A stretch of DNA of 32,000 nucleotides from Wolbachia endosymbiont of Litomosoides sigmodontis. Lineage in GTDB: Bacteria > Pseudomonadota > Alphaproteobacteria > Rickettsiales > Anaplasmataceae. The DNA is taken from the NCBI RefSeq assembly GCF_013365435.1, contig NZ_CP046577.1, positions 840,001 to 872,000 on the forward strand, written 5' to 3'. The position numbers and the translations under genes were made by a program. Every line of letters starts with the position of its first letter. The stretch's first letter is position 1. The notes under the pieces were generated by a model that saw only the letters and a list, made by a program, of their open reading frames with translations, was not told the DNA's origin and made no database searches. Below, one piece after another: positions 20,713 to 30,270 of this stretch.

Positions 20713-21717
20713 TCAATCCATAAAGCCAACATTCTGCACATCTATAAAAAACAAACCTTCCTTTTCGTCCTGAACGCCAACAGTAGCATAGGTATTGAGA
20801 GGTAAAGGGTCGTTTACATATCCATGACCTATTCCTTGAACCGTAAACACTGGAAAATTAACACTCTTTGCAAATCTTTCTTTTACAACTTCAACAAGAT
20901 TATCGTTACCGGAATTAATAAAATCTCCAAAAATTACTGCGTGTACTTCATCAAAAACATGGGCTTGTTTTAGATGATCTAAACTGCGCTCTATTGCATA
21001 TGGATAGACTCTTACATCTTCCAAAAATAGAATTTTTCCTTTTGCATTTATTTGCCAAGTGGTTCCTATACTATTTTCAACCAAAATCATGTTGCCACCA
21101 ATGATTTTAGATTCTAATCTGCCATTTTTTAGTTTAATGTCATCATTAATTATTTTTAGGTTATTAAACCTAATAGAGCTCTGCTGATTTAGGATTAACC
21201 TTTTTAATTTTTCAACAGAACTTTCAGAAACGAAGTTATTTACCATCATTTCTAACGTAGTACCATGAAGAGTTTGCCAATCGTATTTGACTTGTAAGTA
21301 AATGTGTAAGGCAGTTATATCGCTATAGCCTATAAGAATCTTTTTGTTCTTATTTTGAGCAATTCTTGCTTTTTTATCGTTTGATAACCTTTCTAGATAA
21401 GGAATTAACCGAGAAGATCCTGTTCCTCCTCTGATACACCAAATTATTTTGTTATCATTGTCAATTAGAGCACTAACCAAATCGCTTGCTCTAAATTCAT
21501 CAGAGTTGGAGTAAAATGGATCATTATTACTATATATTTTCTCTGAAATATGGGAATTAAAACCCAAAGCTTCTACATATTCTTTTATAGTAGTTAAATC
21601 TGGCTCTTTTCCCTTAGAAGAAGGAGCAATAATATTTACTTGATTAACTGCATAAGTATCTGTGCTAGCACATAAAGTGAAAATAAAATATAAGAAGCAA
21701 ATGACAACAGAGTACAC
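20713..21717 (-). CDS. ldcA: S66 family LD-carboxypeptidase (muramoyltetrapeptide carboxypeptidase-like)
   Basis: 334 aa. IRGGTGSSRL, GYSDITAL (nucleophile Ser) and GIGHG motifs. GTG is the only in-frame start codon candidate near the 5' end. It gives a hydrophobic N-terminus, MYSVVICFLYFIFTLCAS. Confidence 0.8.
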   Translation of the reverse strand: MYSVVICFLYFIFTLCASTDTYAVNQVNIIAPSSKGKEPDLTTIKEYVEALGFNSHISEKIYSNNDPFYSNSDEFRASDLVSALIDNDNKIIWCIRGGTGSSRLIPYLERLSNDKKARIAQNKNKKILIGYSDITALHIYLQVKYDWQTLHGTTLEMMVNNFVSESSVEKLKRLILNQQSSIRFNNLKIINDDIKLKNGRLESKIIGGNMILVENSIGTTWQINAKGKILFLEDVRVYPYAIERSLDHLKQAHVFDEVHAVIFGDFINSGNDNLVEVVKERFAKSVNFPVFTVQGIGHGYVNDPLPLNTYATVGVQDEKEGLFFIDVQNVGFMD

Positions 21718-22340
21718 TAAAATATCTTATAAAATTCTTTTTTTAGTATGTCATCTAATTTAGAGAGTGGAGCTCTGATACCTAATGCTTTCATTGATGT
21801 AACACCATAATCTTTCAATCCACAAGGAATAATTCCCTTATAGTGAGAAAGATCTGGAAACACATTAAGCGCTATGCCATGGTAAGTTACCCATTTTCTT
21901 AAGCGAATGCCAAAAGCTGCTATTTTTTCCTCTACTCCATTATTATCTACCCAAACACCTACTCTATCTTCTTTAAATTCTCCAAATATATTAAAGTACT
22001 TTAAAACATTTATTATCCAACTACCAAGGTCTCTAATATATAATTTTATATCACATTTATTTCTTTTTTTAAGATTCAGCATTAAATACATAATGCGTTG
22101 CCCTGGCCCATGATATGTGTATTTACCACCCCTACCCGTCTTATGTATAGGAAATAATTTTTCGACAACGTCATCATCTGCTGCGCTAATTCCTGCTGTG
22201 TATAGTGGAGGATGCTGGAGTAGCCATACCAATTCATCAGATAAGTTATTGTGGATTTGTTGAATTTTTTTTTCCATGAATTTTACAGCGTAGTTATAAT
22301 CAACAAGTTGATCAGATATTAGCCACTCTACCATGTTCAA
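21717..22340 (-). CDS. lipB: lipoyl(octanoyl) transferase
   Basis: 207 aa. YHGPGQRIMY, KIAAFGIRLRKWVTYHGIALNV and PCGL motifs of LipB. The stop overlaps the ldcA GTG start by 1 nt. Confidence 0.92.
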   Translation of the reverse strand: MNMVEWLISDQLVDYNYAVKFMEKKIQQIHNNLSDELVWLLQHPPLYTAGISAADDDVVEKLFPIHKTGRGGKYTYHGPGQRIMYLMLNLKKRNKCDIKLYIRDLGSWIINVLKYFNIFGEFKEDRVGVWVDNNGVEEKIAAFGIRLRKWVTYHGIALNVFPDLSHYKGIIPCGLKDYGVTSMKALGIRAPLSKLDDILKKEFYKIF

Positions 22341-22593
22341 TCTCTTCTCTTTTTAGCTTATAAAATAAGTTAATGATAGTAAAAATATATATTACCACAA
22401 CTTTACTGACATTTTCGACTTGATTTACTGAGATGATCATCACTAAAGTAGCTGATACTCGCATTAGAAAATTTTTTACTGACAGAATGACAGAAGTGAT
22501 TTGTGTTAGGCATAGAATTACAATGACAGATTTTTTAAATTATTACCGCTCTCCTCATATTTTTGCTCTAAATATTGCTGACCCAACAAGTAA

Positions 22594-23484
22594 TACTAAT
22601 TCTCATTATTAACAGGACAATAAGTAACATTGCAAAGTTATTTAATTGTGTAGTGAGGAAGAAAAGGCAAAATAAATTTGCACAAAGCTCTCCTAAGCAA
22701 AGCAATTGTATATTATAGACTCTTTATTGAGCAAAATATTTTGTTTCATATGCAACATAGAATTAAGCCTAGGAGTACGGTGGTAGATACTTCTCAATTT
22801 TTTGACTCATGTCAACTTATATAAGTCATAACAAGAAAGGTTTCTTATATTCTTAAACATTGTAACATTTGTTCAAGAAATATATTCATACAATCAGTGT
22901 TGATGCTCAGTGCAAATAAGCTAGAACTCCCTCCATTTCTAGATTAACTGCACTGTAGAGACAAAAACTTTGTCTACTTCATTTTACTTTAATCTATATT
23001 TAGCCCTTTTAAAATCACACGTATCCAATTTTTTAATGTGTATTAAACCATAGTTCACCAAAAAAATAACTCTTGTTTAGAATACTTACCAATAGTCTCA
23101 TTAAATTTTTCTTAAACTTCTCCTATCTACTTTTATCTTATTCACTGTGAACTGATCTTGGCGTAATATATGAAAATTTTATTTTCTACATATTCTCATT
23201 CCTTTCATGGTAATACTAGGATTTTTCTGTACCCATACTTCAACTTGTTCCAATTGACTTTGATCCAATCTAGTTTTTCTACAACTTTGAAAAAGAATAA
23301 ATAATTTTTCTTCTCTTCCAAATCTTAGGTGCTTTATCTACACAGTTAGTGCTGCTCTTGAAATGTAACTTATTTTCACTAAGGCAGTTATACTGTACTT
23401 TTTAAACTTCGCTATTCTACTATACTTCAGTATAGCTCCTTTTTCATTATCGTCTATCCATTCCTTGTACAGTGGAAACTAGCA
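22594..23484 (-). mobile_element. degenerate IS630-family element, copy E (transposase pseudogene, internal deletions)
   Basis: Starts TA-CTAATTCTCATTATTAACAGG and ends ...GTACAGTGGAAACTAG-CA (degenerate). Collinear with A, D2 and F2 but lacks about 50 bp and about 130 bp segments present in other copies. Confidence 0.78.
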
Positions 23485-23680
23485 TAAAACAAAGATTAAA
23501 GATAAATTTCAGTCCCAAAGTACCACCACGGTAAGGGAATTGATAAGATTATCAAGTAATTTCTATGTTTAACTCACAAACACCGTCTCTATTATTGCAC
23601 ATCTAAGCTCAATCTATCTTAATTTAATGGTTATACTTGCTTAAGGTTTTTCTGCTACACTACTGCCTGTAAATGACAGC

Positions 23681-24934
23681 TCATTTACCAACATAGAGCT
23701 GCCTTGGCCTACAAATCTTGGTTTCTTTATCATTTACCATTTCATACCACTGAGCAACCCACCCAGTAGTTCTTGCAAGTGCAAAAATAGGTGTGAACAT
23801 GGTTGAAGGAATATTGATAGCATTCATTATTATACCTGAATAGAAATCAACATTTGGATATAACTTACGCACAACAAAATACTTATCTTTTAAAGCTATT
23901 TCTTCAAGTTCTTTTGCAATCTTGAGCAGTTCACTATTTTGTTCTAGCTTATTTAAAAATTCATCACAAGCATCTTTCAATATACGTGCACGTGGATCGT
24001 AATTTTTATAAACACGATGCCCAAATCCCATTAATTTAAATGGGTCTTTGTCATCTTTAGCTTTTTTAATAAATTTATTTACATTCCCGCTTTGCTCTAT
24101 CTCCTTTAACATATTTACAACTGCCTCATTAGCTCCACCATGTGCAGGTCCCCAAAGTGCAGCAACCCCTGCAGAAAGACATGCAAATAAATTAGAACCA
24201 GCTGATCCTACTACTCTGACAGCTGCTGTTGACACATTCTGCTCATGATCAGCATGAAGAATAAATATTTTGTCTAAGGCTTTAGCAAAAAGGTGACTTT
24301 TCTCGTTAGTAAGAGCATTACCAAACATCATTCTTAAGAAATTTTTGCTATAGCTCAATTCATTATCAGTATCTATAAATTCCTGATTATAGGTATGCCT
24401 ATAAATCATAGCAATAATTGCAGGAACCTGCGCTATTACAGAGATTCCAAAATCTAGGTTTTCATTACTGACATTGTTACCATATTTCTCGTAATAAAGC
24501 GCTGACAAACTTGCAAAACACGCAATTAAAATTGACATAGGGTGAGCAGCTTTTGGAAATGTTTTAATTACATTTACAACCTGCCCAGGTACTTTAGATA
24601 ATTCTTGTATTTTTAGAAAAAATTTTTTGTATTGTTCTAGATTAGGCAATTTACCATAGAGTAGCAAATAAATTACAGCAGTAAAATCATTGTTTTTTGC
24701 TAAATCAGCTATATCATGACCTCTATACCTAAGAATTCCTTTATCTCCATCAATGAATGTAATTGCAGAAGAACACGAAGCTGTGGAAACAAATCCTGGA
24801 TCATAGGTGAGTAACCCTGTGGCCTTACATAAATCTTTAATATTTAACACATCAAAACCTATTGTTCCGCTTAATACAGGTAACTCAATTTTTAGTCCGT
24901 TGCTTAGTTCCAATAACGCTTTTTTATTCATCAT
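23681..24934 (-). CDS. gltA: citrate synthase
   Basis: 417 aa with the citrate synthase signature GFGHRVYKNYDPRA and LHADHEQN. Confidence 0.96.
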   Translation of the reverse strand: MMNKKALLELSNGLKIELPVLSGTIGFDVLNIKDLCKATGLLTYDPGFVSTASCSSAITFIDGDKGILRYRGHDIADLAKNNDFTAVIYLLLYGKLPNLEQYKKFFLKIQELSKVPGQVVNVIKTFPKAAHPMSILIACFASLSALYYEKYGNNVSNENLDFGISVIAQVPAIIAMIYRHTYNQEFIDTDNELSYSKNFLRMMFGNALTNEKSHLFAKALDKIFILHADHEQNVSTAAVRVVGSAGSNLFACLSAGVAALWGPAHGGANEAVVNMLKEIEQSGNVNKFIKKAKDDKDPFKLMGFGHRVYKNYDPRARILKDACDEFLNKLEQNSELLKIAKELEEIALKDKYFVVRKLYPNVDFYSGIIMNAINIPSTMFTPIFALARTTGWVAQWYEMVNDKETKICRPRQLYVGK

Positions 24935-24995
24935 TTAAGCTACTTGAATTTTGCGGAAGCATATAAATTGAACGGTTAACTTTGCATTAATCACG

Positions 24996-25265
24996 TTAAG
25001 CGGTCATCAATGCTTTTACTTTTGCATTCAAGCGACTTATTTTACGTGCAGCAGCGTTTTTATGGATAACACCTTTACTAACACACTTGTGTAAACTAGA
25101 CTCGGCGTTTCGAAATGCTGGAATGACATTTTCTTTATTGCTAGACTTAATTATATCAATCAATTTTCTAACAGCAGTGCGAGTTTTACTTTTACGCATT
25201 TTATTTATCAAAGTGCGCTTCGCTATTACCTTTATCATCTTTTTAGCATTCTTATGATTTGCCAT
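24996..25265 (-). CDS. rpsT: 30S ribosomal protein S20
   Basis: 89 aa, highly basic. MANHKNAKKMIKV N-terminus is typical of bS20. Confidence 0.92.
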   Translation of the reverse strand: MANHKNAKKMIKVIAKRTLINKMRKSKTRTAVRKLIDIIKSSNKENVIPAFRNAESSLHKCVSKGVIHKNAAARKISRLNAKVKALMTA

Positions 25266-25328
25266 GTATTAATACCTTAAACACTGTACTCTCCTTTCAT
25301 TATAAAATTTTCTTACTGATTTGCAATA

Positions 25329-26042
25329 CTAGTTTTTCTCTGCAGTTAGTTCATTACTCCTTTCTTCAATAATTTTTTCCAAATTTTCTAAGAACTCATT
25401 TTTATTTAATCCATGATATATTGGAGGCAATACCTCTATTACTGCCTTCCCTGAATTCCTTCTCATAGAAAGTATGCTCTTTGGCCAAAATAAACCGGTA
25501 TTTAAAGCGACAGGTAATACAGGAATAGATAACACACTATACAAAGCAGCAATACCTGGTTGATATTTTGTTTTTTGCTTTGCAGCTGTTCTAGTACCTT
25601 CAGGAAATATTATTATGCTTCTATTTTCTACTATACGCATTCTTGCTAGCTTGATGATACGGCGCATAGCATTAACGCCATCTAAACGGTTAATAAAAAT
25701 CATTCTAAGCGCCATAAGATGCAAGCCAATAAAAGGAATCCATTTTAGTTCACGTTTCAAAATAAAAACCGCGTTTCTAAATAAAAGTATAAAGATAAAT
25801 GTTTCAAGTGGAGATTGGTGTTTAGAGGCAATTATAAAAGGATGTTTTGGAATATTTTCCATTCCCCTAACTTCGTATTTAATTCCACATAGTAAACGAA
25901 GCATGAGTAATACAACCCTTGCTGAGCAAATAAGAAAAATAGTTATCACATGTGCAGGAAAGAAAATTACAGGAAGAGCACCCAAAGTATAGAACACTTC
26001 CCACAGTATAAGAAAAAAATTAAACAATAAACTTGAAATCAC
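25329..26042 (-). CDS. plsC: 1-acyl-sn-glycerol-3-phosphate acyltransferase
   Basis: 237 aa. N-terminal TM segment, acyltransferase block KHQSPLE (HX4D/E) and FPEGTR. Confidence 0.85.
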   Translation of the reverse strand: MISSLLFNFFLILWEVFYTLGALPVIFFPAHVITIFLICSARVVLLMLRLLCGIKYEVRGMENIPKHPFIIASKHQSPLETFIFILLFRNAVFILKRELKWIPFIGLHLMALRMIFINRLDGVNAMRRIIKLARMRIVENRSIIIFPEGTRTAAKQKTKYQPGIAALYSVLSIPVLPVALNTGLFWPKSILSMRRNSGKAVIEVLPPIYHGLNKNEFLENLEKIIEERSNELTAEKN

Positions 26043-26107
26043 AAAAGCCTGTCGTCCTAAATGAACTTATTTGAATTTAACTTTACCATAAATTAAAAAT
26101 AACAAGT

Positions 26108-27094
26108 CTAACTATTGATTACCTGAGTGATAGAATGCGAATCAACTAATTTATCCTTTAATTTTTTGTTAGCAATATGAGTGTATATTTGTGTTGTAGA
26201 AAGGTTAGTATGTCCAAGAATTTTCTGTATCAACATAATGCTTGCTCCACTATCTAGTAGATGAGTAGCAAAGGAATGCCTAATCACATGTGGGGAGATT
26301 TTGTTTTTATCAATATTGCATTTTTTTGCTAGTTCCTTAATCAATTGACCGATTCTCTGTCTTGTAATTGCCTTACTAGGCTTATTACCTGGAAATAACC
26401 AATCAGATTCCTTTCCGTCAGAAATCAGATTATTGCGAACTAACAAATAATTTCTAAGGCTTTGCAATGCTTGCTCATTAAAGAAGATTTGCCTTTCTTT
26501 ACTGTTTTTTCCTTTTATTATTATATAACATTCTTTGTCACTACTGTTTAATAAATGTGACACTTCATATAATTTTATGCTAATTAGCTCAGAGATACGT
26601 ACTCCTGAAGAGTATAAGATGTCTAAGATAGCACATAACCTTCTGCTATTTATCTCTTTACTCGATTCATTTGCTGACTTTCTAACTGTGTCCATTAGCA
26701 AAAACATTTCTTTAACACTTAAATACTTGGGCAAAGGACGAAAAACCTTTGGATTTTTCAACTCATCATCATTAGCTGGAGCTGGATTAAAATCTATTAT
26801 CCCATCATTAAACAGGCATTTATAAAAATTTTTCATAGCAGATATTTTCCTTGATATAGAACTGCTTTTGTATTTTTTTTGTGTGCATAGAAACTTTACA
26901 TAATCTTTAATATTAGTTTTACCTGCACCAACCAAAGTAGTACCGCTTTTCAGCAGAAAAGCTTCAAGTTGATGTAAATCAGAACGATAACTTTCCAAAG
27001 TATTTTGTGTAGCGGACCTTTCTGACACTAAAGCATCTATGTAATATGTGATGTAAAGATTTTCTTTTTTATCATGTAACTGCCTATTTTTCAT
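26108..27094 (-). CDS. xerD: site-specific tyrosine recombinase XerD
   Basis: 328 aa. N-terminal QNTLESYRSDL (cf. ENTLNAYRRDL of XerD), ITRQ, HVIRHSFATHLL, and LGHTNLSTTQIYTHI with the catalytic Tyr. Confidence 0.82.
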   Translation of the reverse strand: MKNRQLHDKKENLYITYYIDALVSERSATQNTLESYRSDLHQLEAFLLKSGTTLVGAGKTNIKDYVKFLCTQKKYKSSSISRKISAMKNFYKCLFNDGIIDFNPAPANDDELKNPKVFRPLPKYLSVKEMFLLMDTVRKSANESSKEINSRRLCAILDILYSSGVRISELISIKLYEVSHLLNSSDKECYIIIKGKNSKERQIFFNEQALQSLRNYLLVRNNLISDGKESDWLFPGNKPSKAITRQRIGQLIKELAKKCNIDKNKISPHVIRHSFATHLLDSGASIMLIQKILGHTNLSTTQIYTHIANKKLKDKLVDSHSITQVINS

Positions 27095-27254
27095 TATCAG
27101 CTCCTATATCTATTTCTTTTACTATCATTTGACTGGAAATGTTATTCGTATTCCTTATTAAAAAATACGAAACAAATAAAGCATTTATCAATAGGATAAG
27201 TATAACAAACTTTCGTCTTAACCTTTTTTTTAGATTCAATCTTGCTTTTACCAT
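27084..27254 (-). CDS. possible small membrane protein (56 aa), not in ORF track
   Basis: Hand-translated ATG (27254) to TAG (27084): MVKARLNLKKRLRRKFVILILLINALFVSYFLIRNTNNISSQMIVKEIDIGADNEK. Basic N-terminus plus one TM-like segment. Overlaps the xerD start by 11 nt in another frame. No homology evidence. Confidence 0.3.
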   Translation of the reverse strand: MVKARLNLKKRLRRKFVILILLINALFVSYFLIRNTNNISSQMIVKEIDIGADNEK

Positions 27255-27457
27255 AGTTAAATTATAACATCAAATCTCCAAAAAACATCTTACAAAGTGA
27301 GTTATACTATAATATACTGCCTCTTAACCATATTCATTAATATTTATATTATAAAATAACATTTTTATAGTCTTAGCATAACAATGCAGAGGCACCAGTG
27401 TCACGAATGTCAACAAACTTTCAGTATACGCAAAAAATTATCTACAAAAAAAAGGAA

Positions 27458-28102
27458 TCACATAGTATCCTTTTTTAGTAAAGTGCTAACAAAAGGAATG
27501 GTAACATTTGATCCCACAAATCCATTATCTATTTTCTCTATAATCCTAGTAACGCTACAAAAAGAACGCTCTATTCTTGCTAAAATATAATTAATCACTT
27601 TCAAATTAATTTTCAATTGTTTATCTGAAAATCTTTTCATTAACATAATTCGCAATAATTCCTCGCTTGCAGATGGAATTTTTACGCTGATAGTTGATAA
27701 TATGCGAGAGCTTAAGTCTTTCAATTTAAAATTGAGCTTTTTTAGTGAAGTTGAGGAAGTAATTAGCAATCTCTTGTTATTTTCTTTCATGTAGTTATAA
27801 CAGTGTAATAGAGTTGCTTCATCTTGAATATCTTGCACATCTTCTAAAATAAAAGCATCGCTATTCCCAATCTCACTTATAAAGTCGTTTACATTGACAA
27901 AGATTGCATTGCTTATCGACTGCCAAATGTGAGCAAGGTGAGTTTTGCCAGAGCCTTTAGGCCCAAAGAGAAACAAGCATTTCCAAGATAAATCATTAAT
28001 TACTGCATCATATACAAGCTTATTTTCATCTAAAACAATATAATTTTGCCGACTATAATCAACCTGATTATTGTTAAATAAATTCAGTTGCATGTTAAAC
28101 AT
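27458..28102 (-). CDS. hda: DnaA-related regulatory protein Hda/HdaA
   Basis: 214 aa AAA+ protein. Walker A GPKGSGKTHLAHIW, FILEDV (Walker B-like), and the LLITS...DLSSRL box typical of short DnaA paralogues. Confidence 0.75.
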   Translation of the reverse strand: MFNMQLNLFNNNQVDYSRQNYIVLDENKLVYDAVINDLSWKCLFLFGPKGSGKTHLAHIWQSISNAIFVNVNDFISEIGNSDAFILEDVQDIQDEATLLHCYNYMKENNKRLLITSSTSLKKLNFKLKDLSSRILSTISVKIPSASEELLRIMLMKRFSDKQLKINLKVINYILARIERSFCSVTRIIEKIDNGFVGSNVTIPFVSTLLKKDTM

Positions 28103-28218
28103 CTTGTGTCCCTGATTAATAATCTTTTTGCCAAAATTTGTTCGCTTTCTTCTTTAAGAACCATCAGGCATTCTACAACTCATTTCTTCTTATTATAAGT
28201 TGGTTATGAAAAAATCTA

Positions 28219-29292
28219 TTAGCCACTTTTATAAAACTCACTTTTAAGATAAAGATTGATTATATACCTTACCGATACAGTAAATATTGCTATTATTGGA
28301 GCAAAAAGTAATATTCCCATGAGACCAAAATATGAGATACATATAGTAATTCCAATAATGATTATAGCCGGATGCACATGAACCTTTTTTCCTATCAATA
28401 AAGGAACCAATATATTTGCATCTATTAACTGCCCGACACCAAATAACAGTAGAACTGCAATACTTTCAAACCATTCACTAAATTGAGTAACGGCACTTAA
28501 AAAGCCAATAACAGTATATAACAATGGTCCTATATAAGGTATAAATGTTAGTGTTCCTGATAAAATTCCAATAGTAATAGGATATTTTAATCCGATCATA
28601 CCAAGACCTATAGAATAAAAAGCTGTCATAAAAATGCACACATTTGCCTGCCCTTTCAAGTAATTAGATATAATAAAATCTACTTCTGAAAAATAACTTA
28701 CAACTCCTTTTCTATAAGGAATAGGAACTAATTTATTAACTTTTCTTACGATGAGAGGCCAATCACGCAATATATAGAATTGCATTACTGGAGTGATCAC
28801 TACTAATGATACTATATGGATTAAGTTGAAGCTTGAGCTTAATACCTGGATTGCAAAGTTACTGGCAATATTAAAAGCATTTATAAAATAAGATACATAA
28901 TCGCTGTAATTTTCTGCTAAATTTTTAGATGAGTGATCAAACAAACTATTGTCAATCTTTATATTAAGAAATTCTAGTATGGATGGAATAATTTTAAGGT
29001 TTAATGAAGGCACTTTACTTACTAAAAAATTTAATATTGAAGTAATTTGAACATATGTAATGGGTAAAATTAACATAACAGTTAGTATAAAGATCATTAG
29101 CAGGACAAATATTATGAAAACTACAGAATATAGGCGTGATATTCCATACTTCCCAAACTTTATTACTAGCGGATTAAATAGATATGCAACGACGATAGAC
29201 ATTAAACACGGGAAAATCATAGGACGTACTAAGAATAAGATGCCTATTATAAGAAGTGGTACAAGACAAATGGTTATATGACGCTTTTGCAT
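28219..29292 (-). CDS. AI-2E family transporter (PerM/UPF0118-type permease)
   Basis: 357 aa polytopic membrane protein. Overall topology and the C-terminal region (LIDANILVPLLIGKKVHVHP) are typical of the AI-2E/UPF0118 family. Confidence 0.82.
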   Translation of the reverse strand: MQKRHITICLVPLLIIGILFLVRPMIFPCLMSIVVAYLFNPLVIKFGKYGISRLYSVVFIIFVLLMIFILTVMLILPITYVQITSILNFLVSKVPSLNLKIIPSILEFLNIKIDNSLFDHSSKNLAENYSDYVSYFINAFNIASNFAIQVLSSSFNLIHIVSLVVITPVMQFYILRDWPLIVRKVNKLVPIPYRKGVVSYFSEVDFIISNYLKGQANVCIFMTAFYSIGLGMIGLKYPITIGILSGTLTFIPYIGPLLYTVIGFLSAVTQFSEWFESIAVLLLFGVGQLIDANILVPLLIGKKVHVHPAIIIIGITICISYFGLMGILLFAPIIAIFTVSVRYIINLYLKSEFYKSG

Positions 29293-29755
29293 GACTTTAG
29301 CATAGTCAATTTATTGAAAAAATACACAGTTTATTTTGCTTATGTTATAGAGGTACTTAAGTAAGGTCATAAAAACGAAAAAATCTCTTGATAAGCCTTG
29401 TCATCCTCCTTAACTAAGAAGCTAAAGGTATTCATCTATTTTCAATCTACTATGCAGATAGAACAACGAAGTACCACGTAATTGGCGTCTTATATTAATC
29501 TCTTTGCACTATGTGTACCTTATATCTCTGCAATATTTCCCAAGTTTCCACTATCATAAAATATTTTTTGTCTTTTTCCTACTAGGAAAATTCCTTTAAT
29601 ATTGATGATCAAAGGCTTAGTTACGATAAAAAGCAGCTAAGTCGCAATTGTTAAGTGTTTAAAACATAAAAAACGCTGATATTTTTAAATAGATACCAAT
29701 CAAGTGTTCTTTTTCTCATTAAATAAACTTCTTAAATATTTAAGACTAAAGGTTA

Positions 29756-30270
29756 TACTAATTCTTAGTATACAAGGAATAAATGACAATAATGGAAAAG
29801 AAGACTTACTGAAGCAAGTAAAATAGCAAGGTTTGATGTCGTTAGAATTAATAATTGATAGGTGAAAAAGTTGTGGAATCAAGCAAAAGAAACGCTGAAG
29901 AAAGTATAAAACAATGTATAAGCAAAAATATGTTGCATTTTAAGGGCAGCATAATTACATGGATAAAGTACCTAAAATTTGGAAGAGAAGAAAATTGTTC
30001 ACTTTTCTTCAACATTATAGAAAAATCAGATTTGGATCAGAATCAATTTGAATAAATTGAAGTGTAAATACAAGAGAACTCTAATATTACCGTTAAAGAA
30101 ATGAGAATAAGAATTTAAGAAAAATTTAGCTTAAATGTCAGCAAGTTTACAGCACAGCGTAATATGCAAGAAATGAAGTTTTCGTATATTACGTTAAAAC
30201 CAATCAACAATGAGCAAGATAAAGATAGATAAGAGAAAAGTCCTCTCAATTTAATTGAGACTATTAGTAA
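29756..30270 (+). mobile_element. IS630-family fragment F1 (first ~515 bp, transposase-5' half)
   Basis: Starts TA-CTAATTCTTAGTATAC. The frame-shifted translation shows an IS630-like HTH region (RLTEASKIARFDVVRINN..VKKLWNQAKETLKK). Ends ...ACTATTAGTAA at the same internal position as D1. It is an inverted repeat of 30715-31228. Confidence 0.8.

Noticed and set aside
27300-27345. Candidate dif or CtrA-type site near xerD and hda (TTATACTATAATATAC; TTAACCATATTCATTAA)
   Set aside because: The half-sites are not properly palindromic for a XerC/XerD dif core. The TTAA spacing is 9 nt, not the 7 nt of CtrA boxes. Such matches are expected by chance in AT-rich DNA.
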